A stretch of 64,000 nucleotides of DNA from Eledone cirrhosa (Eukaryota), in NCBI GenBank assembly GCA_964016885.1, contig OZ024743.1, positions 65,410,001 to 65,474,000 on the forward strand. Direction: 5' to 3'. A program made the translations under genes and the position numbers. Of the stretch, positions 11,506 through 24,761 are shown in pieces. The notes beneath the pieces were generated by a model, which was given only the letters and a program-made list of their open reading frames with translations, did not search any database and was not told the DNA's origin. Every line of letters begins with the position of its first letter. Within the stretch, counting starts at the first letter, position 1.

Positions 11506-11912
11506 TACAGAGGTATCCACTGTAAGTTGTGGGGTCTATTCTGTATGAAGAACTCAATGTAGTCCATATATTGAAAATGTTGTAGGTTAAGATAAATCTC
11601 AGAAAACAATAAAACATTAAAAGGAAAGTAGAGTCATGATATAAGTTAAAACAATGAAATAAAAAATCAAGTCATTAGAGATATACTTCACTGCTTTACG
11701 ATCGTTTCTAGATGGTGATAATACAAAACCTTTTGAAAACAGCTGGTGATATGCATGTAAGTAAATATTCTCTCTATCTGATAGTTTGTAAACTTACATA
11801 GATCAATAACTGAGTATAGATACAATGTATTATCACCATCTAGAAACGATCGTAAAGCAGTGAAGTATATCTCTAATGACTTGATTTTTTATTTCATTGT
11901 TTTAACTTATAT
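11506..11912. mobile_element. Fold-back element (family I) with ~85-bp perfect inverted arms, ending in (TA)n
   Basis: ~11640-11725 is the reverse complement of ~11828-11911. PLE origin inferred from architecture only. Confidence 0.6.
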
Positions 11913-12060
11913 ATATATATATTTTTATTAAGGTTAAATAGTGATGCTTGTTATTCTGGAGTTTCACCTGTTTATCACAGGGTCATCACACAAGAACAAA
12001 CACGCACACATACATACACACAAACACACAAACACACGCACACATACACACACGCACGCG

Positions 12061-12140
<80 letters not shown>

Positions 12141-12409
12141 TTGTGTGTGTATGTGTGTGTACATTATGGTGATATATATATATATATGAAAATGCAGCCT
12201 TACAAATACATCTAATATTTTTATTCATCCTTTTCCACATAATTTAGGGTGGATTAACTTAAATACCTCCTACTCTCCTCTTATTTAAGGAGCATTAACT
12301 TTTTAGGTAGATTCATTGAATGAAGGTTATAGTTTTTCTGCTTTTGTTTTCTACGAATGACTTCATTTAATGGTTGTGTCATTGGATTTTTACTAAATTA
12401 TATTACATT

Positions 12410-14378
12410 ATATGAGAACGTCTGATAGAATGCTTTGATGCAATCGTTCCGACTCTCTGCATTTGAGTGCAAAACCCGCCCTGGCCAACTTTGCTTTTTA
12501 TCATTTCAATGTCGATAAACAAAGTACCAGTCAAGTATTGGAGTCGATTTTAAGAATACCGCCTCAATAGAATTTAGTCGACCATATTAACCTCAATTTA
12601 TGGCAACAAATATGCAGCTTCGTCGTTAGAACGTCGGATAGAATGCTTTGTACACTCATATCCTATCGAGGTCAACTTTGCGTTGCATTCTTTCGAGGTC
12701 GATAAGACGTACCAGTGAAGTGCTAAGACGATTCTACTCCATATCACTTTCTCACTTCTGATCCTCTTACTGTCTTTCCTTCTCTGGAAGAACTCGGCTG
12801 TGTTCAGACCTGGAGAGGTGAGGAGCTCCACCAAGTTTAAAGTGCCCAATATACGCCGTATGCCCCCTATGGCGCCCATACGACTCCATTAAGGGCTTAG
12901 GCTCTATACATACATACCATGTCTTCGTTAGATCCTTGGTGTCTATCTACGCGACCGAATCTCAAACAACAACATCTGAGAACACTGTCAGCGTCAGCCG
13001 ACCATTGGTTTAGCTACAGTGGCTTAGTTACGTCTGTGGGATGAGCGCTGGAAGACTAACACACCAACTTTTGTCACGACAGCGACCCATGCACTGGAGA
13101 ATCCAGCGAAGCACACCAAAGAAGACATGGGCGAAAGAAATCGAGGAAGACCTGAAATCGTAGTGTCTCTACCTCGACCATGCTAAGGTCAGCGCCATGG
13201 ATAAGAAACGCGTGGAAGAACATCATCATAGGAGTCCATCATCCAGTGGCACCAACAGCACCATATTGGTTGAGAGAACAGCTCCCCCCCCCCCAATCGC
13301 CAGCTAGGGATTGAAGAAGACAAACATACTTTACATTGTATGCATGGTCCCGTAACTTCTGATGGAGTCGTAGGGTCATCGTATTGACGTATGGCGTTTT
13401 AAGGGAATTTTTAAAAACCTGGCAGAGCTTATCTCGTCTCCAAGTCTGAATACAGCAGATTTGAAAGAATGGAAGTGAGAAAGAGATATAGAGGAAGAAT
13501 CGGTCCCAGTACCTGATTGGTACTGTTTTAAAATCGACCTCGAATGAATTAAAGGTGAAGTTGACCTCAGCGGGATTTGAACTCAGAGAGAAGAGAGCGG
13601 AAATGAATACCACAAAGCATTCTATCTGGCGTTCTAATGACTCTGTCAACTCACCGTCTTAGTCTATTGTGTACATATCTATACAAAGCAGTTTGAATGA
13701 AATATTTACCTGAGTAAGTAAGACAGGTAGTTGTGATACTGATCAAAGCATTAATTTCACTAATGACATTGATGTCATACTACAATAATGTGTCAGAAGA
13801 TTCTCGTATTTAATATCTTCAGTATATTGATTATACAGCTACTAGATTCGGAAGGGCGTACTAAGTAGAATCGATAATTGTTTCTACTTTAAGCACAAGG
13901 CCAGCAATTACCCAGTGCATTACTGGTACTTTATTTTATCGACCCCGTAAGGATGAAAGGCAAAGTCAACCTCGGCGGGATTTGAACTCAGATCGTAAAA
14001 AGGACATAACTATGCTGGAAAGCATGACGTCCGACCCTCTACCAATACTGCCAATCCACCGCCCACTAAGTAGAATCGATAATCTATTGTAGTTGTAAAC
14101 GGAGTGGTCAGTAGTTCGTATTTCACAACAGTCATTGTGGGGTGTTTGTGAAGAAATGACCCTCAAAGAAACCATTCCACTTTGCCTTCAATGTTTACAG
14201 AAAGACGGGAAAATGAAGGAAGGAAAAGGCAGTGTAATAATAATGGTTTCTACTTTAGGCACAAGGCCAGAAATTTGGGGGAGAAAAAGTTGATTATATC
14301 GACTCCAGTATTTGACTGGTACTTTATTTTATCGACCTCGGAAGGATGAAAGGCAATGGTGTTCTCGGTGGGATTAAA
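12410..14378. mobile_element. Cluster of tRNA-derived SINE copies (about 12410-12560 +, 12600-12920 +, 13340-13660 -, 13879-14064 -, 14240-14378 -)
   Basis: B-box-like GAGTTCAAATCC followed by the conserved core TTTGCCTTTCATCCTTACGGGGTCGATAAAATAAAGTACCAGT. A 19-bp TSD flanks the 13879-14064 copy. Confidence 0.8.
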
Positions 14379-14387
14379 TATATATAT

Positions 14388-14572
14388 ATAGAAATGGCTT
14401 CTACAGGACTAGAACTGTTTCATTCGAAGGAAATCATCAGGAAATCATCAGGAAAACCTTCGAATGAAACAGTTCTAGTTCTGTAGAAGTCATTTCTATT
14501 TTAAGCATTTAAACTCTACTATGTATTTGAATACCTTACTTACTGTGGTTACACCCGATTGAACCCAGGATA
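14388..14572. mobile_element. Fold-back PLE miniature, family G
   Basis: Inverted arms around an HHR core (ATCATCAG on +, i.e. CTGATGAT on -); long arm ends GAACCCAGGATA. Confidence 0.75.
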
Positions 14573-14621
14573 CACACACACAAGCACAAACACACACAAA
14601 CACACACAAACACACACAAAC

Positions 14622-14801
<180 letters not shown>

Positions 14802-14944
14802 CGAGAGAGTCTGCGGTGCTGATACCGAAGAGACCACTAATCATCGGAGTACTCTATGCATGGGGAAAGGGTGGGTAAACAGATAGGAAGAATCCCGATT
14901 GCTTAGAGCCGCGGTCGGGATTTAACCCCCCCCCCCACTCTCCC

Positions 14945-15000
<56 letters not shown>

Positions 15001-15007
<7 letters not shown>

Positions 15008-15160
15008 ATGAGAGTCAAGGACACAAGAAACGAACAAATAAGACGATGCAATAACAAGCAGTGTATTAGTTTCACGCGTAGAGGAAGAAGAATGAGTTAC
15101 ATAGTCAACGTATCGGGCATTTGCCCTTCATCAGCAAAAACTCAAAACTCAACAGTTTAT
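15001..15160 (-). mobile_element. PLE terminus related to family B, with a mutated HHR
   Basis: Minus strand CTGATGA-a-GGGC-aaat-GCCC-GATA-CGTT (15105-15134), then a downstream motif resembling 3790-3815; between TA tracts. Confidence 0.6.
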
Positions 15161-15719
15161 ATATATATATAAACAGCTTAGATGTGGATCTAATGTAAAC
15201 TCACATATCTGAGGTGATGTCGAAGAAGAGTCGAGCTTCGATCTCCTTGATCACACTCTTTGATCACGTATTGAAACAATTTTAATATGCAAATAAAGTT
15301 GTTACACAAACTGCATATCCATTATTTTCACTATATCTACACTCTGCAACATACAGCAGCCTTAAACCTGGAGCACAACCCAACGAGGGACGGACCCGTG
15401 TAGGCATCAAGTGCTTCGAGCAGCACGACGCAAATAAAGGGTAGTTACTTATATATATATATATATATATATAGAATAATCGAGTATCGGAAAATCAGCT
15501 CACGAATTAACGATAAACAAATCCGATATGAGTGGCAGAGGGCTCAATAATTTGGATAAATCAGAGCTATAACTATCGTTAAATTACCAACACATAAAGA
15601 TTATGCCTAAAATCACCCGCGCAGCCGAAAAAGAACGACCAGGAGGATTCGGGTCACTCAAATAAAATATCAATAAATCAATAATTTAAATGAATGTAAA
15701 AAACTTATATATATATAAA

Positions 15720-15828
15720 TCTAAAGTTTGTCTTAAGCCAGAAGGTTCATTTGGCTGGTGCTTATCCCGGTTTCATGGCGTGAAGCGACTGAGAGTACAA
15801 GACTCCCCCCTGGACAGGACGCCAGTCA
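15720..15828 (-). mobile_element. SINE 3' fragment
   Basis: GACTGGCGTCCTGTCCAGGGGGGAGT...GTCGCTTCACGCCATGAAACCGGGATAAGC; a relative lies at ~40365-40470. Confidence 0.5.
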
Positions 15829-15840
15829 TATATATATATA

Positions 15841-15992
15841 TAACGAAAGAAGTGTGGTAAGGAACCAGATGGACCATAACGCACCAGAGTACTCAATACT
15901 TAGGGTAGAGTGGGTAATTGGAAAAAGTTTAACCCCGACGGCAGAGCTCAAGCCGTTTCGACGGCTATTTCTGGACTAAATTAGAATTTTTA
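15841..15992 (-). mobile_element. PLE family F terminus (single arm)
   Basis: Reverse complement of 11146-11278. Confidence 0.75.
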
Positions 15993-16282
15993 GCGTGGTA
16001 AATAAAAAGCTTTTCAATAAAAAACTTTTCAAGGGGTAATTCCTTATATGGGAAGATTGTATTTGTCAAAAGGATTGGTCAAACTTTCTTGTAAACACAA
16101 TTAAATCTTTCATGGCAGTGGGTGGGAGGTGGGGTTGACTGAACTTGCCTGTAGAACAATGAGGGAGTGGGTGGAGCCGGTCAAGCGTTGAAAGTGAATT
16201 CTATACAGCAAATTCTAAGGTGTGTATGAAATTAGGCTAGATAGGAAGCAGGCAAAAAAGGATTTTGGAGGAATTAGAGAAT

Positions 16283-16430
16283 CATTCGGGAGAAATCATC
16301 AGGGGCTTCGTGATGATTTCCCCCGAATGAAACAGTTCTAATCCGGTAGAAGCCATTTTTATATTAAATATTTATACTCTGCTATGTATTGAGTACCTTA
16401 CTTACTGTGGTTACCCACGATTTTACGCAT
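16283..16430 (+). mobile_element. PLE family G terminus with a short inverted arm
   Basis: GCTTC-GTGATGA...GAAACAG...GTA-GAAGC followed by the G tail GTATTGAGTACCTTACTTACTGTGG. Confidence 0.7.
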
Positions 16431-16460
16431 AGAGGAATTGTTGGGCTAGTAATAATAGCT

Positions 16461-16527
<67 letters not shown>

Positions 16528-16696
16528 ACCTACCTTCCCGTCTCTCTCTCCCTCTCATCCCTCTCTATCTGTCTACCTACCCATTTCCCTCCCTCTCTAC
16601 CTATCTATCTACCTACCTACATACCCTCTCTCTCTGTGACTACCTATCTACATCCATACTTATCTACAAGCATACGTTCCTTATCTATCTATCTAT

Positions 16697-16821
16697 CTGG
16701 GGAAAATCGATTAATTTTTAAATTGCATTTGTGATAGTATTTTACACGTTTTTATTGTAAGTAAACTTCCCCCTTTGTATTTGTCCCCTTCTTTTGTGCC
16801 CCTGTGGCTAATAAAGAAACA

Positions 16822-16878
<57 letters not shown>

Positions 16879-16888
16879 GTCTATCTAT
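16697..16888 (+). mobile_element. Isolated L1/Tx1-type LINE 3' end in a (TCTA)n tract
   Basis: Reverse complement of ~8764-8888; TATC repeats on both sides. Confidence 0.85.
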
Positions 16889-17194
16889 CTCCTCCCCTCT
16901 CTATCTACATATCTACCTACCATCCTTCTGCCTCTCCTCCTTCTCTCTGTGACTACCTACCTACATCCCTACTTATCTACATATATACGTTCCTTATCTA
17001 TATGAGTTTAATTCTTAATCCGATATTCTGTATAATTTCAGAACTAGGTTTTCATATAACAGTGCAATATGTAATACAATGATTCAAGTCTCACCTGGAC
17101 GAGAAAATTTAAACGAGACAATCAAATTAGCCACTGAAACGTCGTAATAAACCAGAGAGAAGGGAGTTTAGTGAAATGAGAGGCTTATAAGTAC

Positions 17195-17481
17195 CAACAG
17201 CAACAGCAGCACGACGACGACCACCACCACCAGCACCACCACGACCACCACCACCACCACCAACACTATCAGCAACACCACCACCATCACCACCACTATC
17301 AGCACCACCACCAACACCAACAACACCACCACCACCAACACTATCACCACCACCACCACCAAAAACACCACCACCACCACCACCACCACCACCACCACCA
17401 CCACCACCACCACCACCACCACCGCCACCACCACCAACACTACCACCACCACCGCCACCACCACCAACAACAACAACAACA
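17195..17481. repeat. Imperfect (CAC/CAA)n trinucleotide repeat
   Basis: Direct inspection. Confidence 0.9.
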
Positions 17482-17544
17482 TACTTGAAACATTTATTTA
17501 CATTTAATATTGATTATTGTAAATCCCTGAAATATACACAAACA

Positions 17545-17575
<31 letters not shown>

Positions 17576-17599
17576 CTCTAACTGTCTATTTGTCTGTTT

Positions 17600-20500
17600 G
17601 TCCGTCTGACCTTATGTCTGTCTGACTGTCTGACTGCCGGTTTCTGTCTCTTTGTCTACTCTGTCTGTCTGTCTGACTGCCGGTCTCTGTCCCTTTGTCT
17701 GACTGTTTGTCTACTCTGTCTGTCTGACTGCCGGTCTCTGTCCTTTTGTCTGACTGTTTGTCTACTCTGTCTGTCTGACTGCCGGTCTCTGTCCCTTTGT
17801 CTGACTGTTTGTCTACTCTGTCTGTCTGACTGCCGGTCTCTGTCCTTTTGTCTGACTGTTTATCTACTCTGTCTGTCTGTCTGCCTGTCTCTGTCCTTTT
17901 GTCTGACTGTTTATCTACTCTGTCTGTCTGACTGCCGGTCTCTGTCCTTTTGTCTGACTGTTTGTCTACTCTGTCTGTCTGACTGCCGGTCTCTGTCCTT
18001 TTGTCTGACTGTTTATCTACTCTGTCTGTCTGACTGCCGGTCTCTGTCCCTTTGTCTGACTGTTTGTCTACTCTGTCTGTCTGACTGCCGGTCTCTGTCC
18101 TTTTGTCTGACTGTTTATCTACTCTGTCTGTCTGACTGCCGGTCTCTGTCCCTTTGTCTGACTGTTTGTCTACTCTGTCTGTCTGACTGCCGGTCTCTGT
18201 CCTTTTGTCTGACTGTTTATCTACTCTGTCTGTCTGACTGCCGGTCTCTGTCCTTTTGTCTGACTGTTTGTCTACTCTGTCTGTCTGACTGCCGGTCTCT
18301 GTCCTTTTGTCTGACTGTTTGTCTACTCTGTCTGTCTGACTGCCGGTCTCTGTCCTTTTGTCTGACTGTTTATCTACTCTGTCTGTCTGACTGCCGGTCT
18401 CTGTCCCTTTGTCTGACTGTTTGTCTACTCTGTCTGTCTGACTGCCGGTCTCTGTCCTTTTGTCTGACTGTTTATCTACTCTGTCTGTCTGACTGCCGGT
18501 CTCTGTCCCTTTGTCTGACTGTTTGTCTACTCTGTCTGTCTGACTGCCGGTCTCTGTCCTTTTGTCTGACTGTTTATCTACTCTGTCTGTCTGACTGCCG
18601 GTCTCTGTCCTTTTGTCTGACTGTTTGTCTACTCTGTCTGTCTGACTGCCGGTCTCTGTCCCTTTGTCTGACTGTTTATCTACTCTGTCTGTCTGACTGC
18701 CGGTCTCTGTCCCTTTGTCTGACTGTTTGTCTACTCTGTCTGTCTGACTGCCGGTCTCTGTCCTTTTGTCTGACTGTTTATCTACTCTGTCTGTCTGACT
18801 GCCGGTCTCTGTCCTTTTGTCTGACTGTTTATCTACTCTGTCTGTCTGACTGCCGGTCTCTGTCCTTTTGTCTGACTGTTTGTCTACTCTGTCTGTCTGT
18901 CTCTGTCCTTTTGTCTGACTGTTTATCTACTCTGTCTGTCTGCCTGTCTCTGTCCTTTTGTCTGACTGTTTGTCTACTCTGTCTGTCTGTCTGACTGCCT
19001 GTCTCTGTCCTTTTGTCTGACTGTTTGTCTACTCTGTCTGTCTGTCTGACTGCCTGTCTCTGTCCTTTTGTCTGACTGTTTGTCTACTCTGTCTGTCTGC
19101 CGGTCTCTGTCCTTTTGTCTGACTGTTTGTCTACTCTGTCTGTCTGTCTGACTGCCTGTCTCTGTCCTTTTGTCTGACTGTTTGTCTACTCTGTCTGTCT
19201 GTCTGACTGCCTGACTCTGTCCTTTTGTCTGACTGTTTGTCTACTCTGTCTGTCTGCCGGTCTCTGTCCTTTTGTCTGACTGTTTGTCTACTCTGTCTGT
19301 CTGTCTGACTGCCTGTCTCTGTCCTTTTGTCTGACTGTTTGTCTACTCTGTCTGTCTGTCTGACTGCCTGTCTCTGTCCTTTTGTCTGACTGTTTGTCTA
19401 CTCTGTCTGCCTGTCTGACTGCCGGTCTCTGTCCTTTTGTCTGACTGTTTATCTACTCTGTCTGTCTGACTGCCGGTCTCTGTCCTTTTGTCTGACTGTT
19501 TGTCTACTCTGTCTGTCTGTCTGTCTCTGTCCTTTTGTCTGACTGTTTATCTACTCTGTCTGTCTGCCTGTCTCTGTCCTTTTGTCTGACTGTTTGTCTA
19601 CTCTGTCTGTCTGTCTGACTGCCTGTCTCTGTCCTTTTGTCTGACTGTTTGTCTACTCTGTCTGTCTGTCTGACTGCCTGTCTCTGTCCTTTTGTCTGAC
19701 TGTTTATCTACTCTGTCTGTCTGCCTGTCTCTGTCCTTTTGTCTGACTGTTTGTCTACTCTGTCTGTCTGTCTGCCTGACGGTATCTGTCCCTTTGACTG
19801 ACTGTTTGTCTACTCTGTCTGTCTGTCTGACTGCCTGACTCTGTCCTTTTGCCTGACTGTTTGTCTACTCTGTCTGTCTGCCGGTCTCTGTCCTTTTGTC
19901 TGACTGTTTGTCTACTCTGTCTGTCTGTCTGTCTGCCTGTCTCTGTCCTTTTGTCTGACTGTTTGTCTACTCTGTCTGTCTGTCTGACTGCCTGTCTCTG
20001 TCCTTTTGTCTGACTGTTTGTCTACTCTGTCTGTCTGTCTGACTGCCTGTCTCTGTCCTTTTGTCTGACTGTTTATCTACTCTGTCTGTCTGTCTGACTG
20101 CCTGACTCTGTCCTTTTGTCTGACTGTTTATCTACTCTGTCTGTCTGCCTGTCTCTGTCCTTTTGTCTGACTGTTTATCTACTCTGTCTGTCTGCCTGTC
20201 TCTGTCCTTTTGTCTGACTGTTTATCTACTCTGTCTGCCTGTCTCTGTCCTTTTGTCTGACTGTTTGTCTACTCTGTCTGTCTGTCTGACTGCCTGTCTC
20301 TGTCCTTTTGTCTGACTGTTTATCTACTCTGTCTGTCTGCCTGTCTCTGTCCTTTTGTCTGACTGTTTGTCTACTCTGTCTGTCTGTCTGACTGCCTGTC
20401 TCTGTCCTTTTGTCTGACTGTTTGTCTACTCTGTCTGTCTGTCTGCCTGACGGTATCTGTCCCTTTGACTGACTGTTTGTCTACTCTGTCTGTCTGTCTG

Positions 20501-21160
20501 ACTGCCTGTCTCTGTCCTTTTGTCTGACTGTTTATCTACTCTGTCTGTCTGCCTGTCTCTGTCCTTTTGTCTGACTGTTTGTCTACTATGTCTGTCTGTC
20601 TGACTGCCTGTCTCTGTCCTTTTGTCTGACTGTTTATCTACTCTGTCTGTCTGCCTGTCTCTGTCCTTTTGTCTGACTGTTTGTCTACTCTGTCTGTCTG
20701 TCTGACTGCCTGTCTCTGTCCTTTTGTCTGACTGTTTATCTACTCTGTCTGTCTGACTGCCTGTCTCTGTCCTTTTGTCTGACTGTTTTTCTACTCTGTC
20801 TGTCTGTCTGCCTGACGGTATCTGTCCCTTTGACTGACTGTTTGTCTACTCTGTCTGTCTGTCTGACTGCCTGACTCTGTCCTTTTGCCTGACTGTTTGT
20901 CTACTCTGTCTGTCTGTCTGCCTGACGGTATCTGTCCCTTTGACTGACTGTTTGTCTACTCTGTCTGTCTGTCTGCCGGTCTCTGTCCCTTTGTCTACTC
21001 TGTCTGTCTGTCTGCCTGTCTCTGTCCTTTTGTCTGACTGTTTGTCTACTCTGTCTGATTGCCTGACTGTCTCTGTCCTTTTGTCTGACTGTTTGTCTAC
21101 TCTGTCTGATTGCCTGACTGTCTCTCTCTCTATCTGTCTGTCTGTCTAACTGCCTGTCTC
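17600..21160. repeat. Minisatellite array, modal unit 51 bp, built from (TCTG)n
   Basis: Unit CTCTGTCCTTTTGTCTGACTGTTT(G/A)TCTACTCTGTCTGTCTGACTGCCGGT (e.g. 17991-18041); length variants differ by 4-nt steps. Confidence 0.95.
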
Positions 21161-21597
21161 TGTCTGTTTGTTTCAGTCCTCCTGTCTGTATATCTGACTA
21201 ACTGTCTGTCTCTACCTGCCTGTCTAATTCCTGTCTGTCTGTCTATCTGTATGTCTATCTGATTGACTGTCTGTCTGTTTCTTTTTCTATATGTCTCTTT
21301 GTTTGTTTATGTAGTCTCTCTGTGTCTCTGTCTGTCAGTCTCTCTTCCCTTCTCTCGTTTAGATCCAGTGAAAACCCAGTACATCCGACGAACTTTCGCA
21401 CCGTTTCCGTCAACACAATTTCACTCCCAAGGCTGAGGCTGACTAGAGACAATAGTTGAAGACACCTGCTCATTGTGGCACATAGTGGGCTCAAACTCGA
21501 AACTATGTGTTAACGAAGTGATCTTCTTAACTATACAGCCATGTCTGTGTGTGAACCAGAAGCCTGTTATCGCTCTGTAGTATTCGCATTACATTTT

Positions 21598-22250
21598 AAG
21601 GGCGGTGGATTGGCAGTATCGGTAGAGGGTCGGACGCCATGCTTTGCAGCAAAGAGTTACGGCCCTTTATAGTCTGAGTTCAAATCCCGCTGAGGTTAAC
21701 TTTATCTTTCATCCTTACGGAGTCGATAAAATAAAGTACCAGTAATACACTGGAATAATTTCTGGCCTTGTGCCAAAAGTAGAAACAATTATATTTTAAG
21801 ATTGCTCCAGTTTACGCAGTTGCAGAAATGTGTGGCGAGCTGTATCGGCCATTGTCTTTCCCTTGGATAACATCGGTGGATAACATCGCTGACATGGAGA
21901 GAAGGGAGATTGACATGCATAGGCGACTGCTGGCCTTCCACAAAAATACCTTGCCCGGACTTGTGCCTCGGAGGGGGAACTTTCTAGGTGCAAACCCATA
22001 GTTATTCGCGACCGGACGGGGTCTACGCCAACGATACGAGGGTAGGGGATTAGCAGAATCGTTAGAACACCAGACAAATCCTTAGTAGTATTTGTTCCGG
22101 CCATTTGTTATCTGAGTTCAAATCCTAGTGAGCTCAACCTTGCCTTTTATCCTTGCGAGGTAAGTACTGAGGAGGGGCGATAGAATCGACTTTCCCCGCT
22201 CCCCACAACTCGCTGGCCTTGTACCAAATTTAGAAACTATTATATTTTAA
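21598..22250 (+). mobile_element. Adjacent SINEs: tRNA-head copy 21598-21795, CORE-like 3' part 21800-22025, tRNA-head copy 22040-22245
   Basis: A/B-box-like heads and conserved core; the middle part aligns by eye to 42725-42950. Confidence 0.75.
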
Positions 22251-23144
22251 GACTATTTCTACTTATGAAACAGAACATTGGTGCATCTTAAACATCTTTC
22301 TTCTGCTGAACTAGTCTACGTAAGAAACTGGAGTAGATGCACCATAGTAAAACAGTTATAAGGAAACAAATCTTTCAGTAAAAAATATTCCATTAGGACA
22401 GTTAATAGACAGGAATAGAAATATATATTGCAATAATATTTCTTTATTTCCAATATGCTAAAAAGTAAGTTAAGAGAGTTCTTCTCATTAAAAAAAAATC
22501 CAGAAAAATATATTCAGCAGGAAGAATGCTACTTCATGCACCTACCAAGCTATTTCCATTTCACCATTCCATGGGAATTTTGGTGCCAAAACATTTCTCC
22601 AACATCTGCTTATTACTTATGAAAAAGACTTAAAAATACAATTTGTCGATTCCAACCGTGTATGTTTGCTGTAATTATATACAGGAAATATTTTCAAATC
22701 CATCCTTTCCACTATAAAGAGAAAGCAAGGAAGAGAATTAAAAAATAAAATACGCACAATATGCAAGTTTTTCATTATTTTCCCCTCACTATAGCTTCCA
22801 TTAAAAAGAAAACACACACGCACACGTACACACACACACATACACACACACGCACACACACATATACACACACACAGCGGGAAAGTTATGTAAATGATGT
22901 TTGTATAAAAAGAACAAAACAATACAAAAAAAATACAGAACAAAGAAAACAACAATTAAAAAACAAAAACAGCAACGGTTGTAGATATTTTAAACGATGT
23001 TATTAAAATGGTCTAGAATGCATAGGGAGAGTTTAAAATGCACTCCCGTTGCTTATAACAAATATGTCTGCCACAGAATCTCATAAAGAAGAAGCAAAGT
23101 AGCTAGAGAGCTAAATATATGACTTGTTTTCACACCACAGTTTT

Positions 23145-23207
<63 letters not shown>

Positions 23208-23245
23208 CGTCTATCTCTCTCTCTATATATATATACCTCTCCCCC

Positions 23246-23283
<38 letters not shown>

Positions 23284-23299
23284 ATCTATCTCTCTGTCC

Positions 23300-23347
<48 letters not shown>

Positions 23348-23429
23348 ATATATATATATATATATATACACACACATATATATATATATAGTAATAATAA
23401 CTGGGAAGAACCAACATCAGCAGAGGGAT

Positions 23430-23556
23430 ATATATGTGAGTCTCGGGCTCAATTGGGGGGTAACCACAGTAAGTAAGGTACTCAATATATTAGTAGAGTG
23501 TAAACATCAAATTTAATATAGCTTCTACAGGACTAGAACTGTTTCATTCGAAAGAA

Positions 23557-23605
<49 letters not shown>

Positions 23606-23790
23606 ATATAGAAAAGCTTCTACAGGACTGTTTCATTCGTGAGAAATCATCAGGAGGCTTCCTGATGATTTCTCACGAATGAAACAGCTCTAGGCCTGTA
23701 GAAGCTTTTCTATATTAAAACATGTATACTCTGCTATGTATTGAGTACCTTACTTACTGTGGTTACTCCCGATTGAACCCGGAATAACTT
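23430..23790. mobile_element. PLE family G termini: minus arm 23430-23560 and fold-back 23606-23790
   Basis: Same sequence as 14388-14572 and 27232-27432; TA tracts at the ends. Confidence 0.78.
23657..23705 (+). ncRNA. Complete type I hammerhead ribozyme (family G)
   Basis: Stem I GCTTC/GAAGC, CTGATGA, short stem II, GAAA, stem III ACAG/CTGT with a CTAG-containing loop, GUA triplet at 23698-23700. Confidence 0.8.
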
Positions 23791-24009
23791 ATTTTATATT
23801 ATATATATATATATTTATATAGAACTAGTTTAAAACTAGTTAGATCATTACTCAACAGAGTACTCGATATTTAGGGTAGTATAGTAGAGTGTGACTGTAT
23901 TATAAAGAGTCGAGATGCAAACGTCCCACGCTGCTAAAGTCTGGAACTGGCTGTCATATATTAGAACTACTCACAAAATACATGAAAAGACATTTAAAAA
24001 AAATGTTTA

Positions 24010-24512
24010 ATATTTAATAAGATTTTTACACCAGTCGAAACCGGTTATATTTAATGCAATAATTATAAAATTATTCATTCTCACGGATTAAAGAAAAATA
24101 ATCTTTAAGTATACTTCTGTGCATTTTCACCTTCACTTGTGTATTTACTCCACTATCTTGTTGAGTCCTTTATATCAGTTATAAAAATGTTTAAGCTCCC
24201 GGATAAGTGAAGGTGAAAATGCACAGAAGTATACTTAAAGATTATCCGGGAGCTTCCAACCGACATGGTCGCATTCTTTAAGGGTATGTCAATATTTGTT
24301 TATAAAACTGATCTATATTATATTTTATCTGATGAAAGCTCACCATAATTTGCTTTGGTGTCCTTGAAATATGTATAATGAAATAAATATGGGTTTATAA
24401 ATATAATTTCCATTTGTTAATATATTGTATTTTTACTCCAAAAATTTGTTGAGTGCTTTATATCAAAAAATATTTGCTTGTTGTATCCCAACAAATTAAA
24501 TATAACTTCTAC
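24010..24512. mobile_element. Rearranged composite of related PLE termini (J, inverted J piece, H)
   Basis: CGAAACCGGTT at ~24036; 24205-24243 inverts ~24098-24137; H-type HHR at ~24320-24385. Confidence 0.6.
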
Positions 24513-24663
24513 ATATATATATACATATATGTTTGATGATTAAGAACTTTTCTACCTTAAAGTATGTACTTCTTTCTAAATATTATATGTAAAAAATAAT
24601 GTGTTTCTCAAACGATATGTTTCTTTATCTCTCTCAATATACATATATCTTTTAATTTCAAAT

Positions 24664-24757
<94 letters not shown>

Positions 24758-24761
<4 letters not shown>

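Noticed and set aside
21600-21695. tRNA genes at GGTTC/GAGTTCAAATCC motifs
   Set aside because: SINE heads; no cloverleaf, and they are followed by SINE cores.
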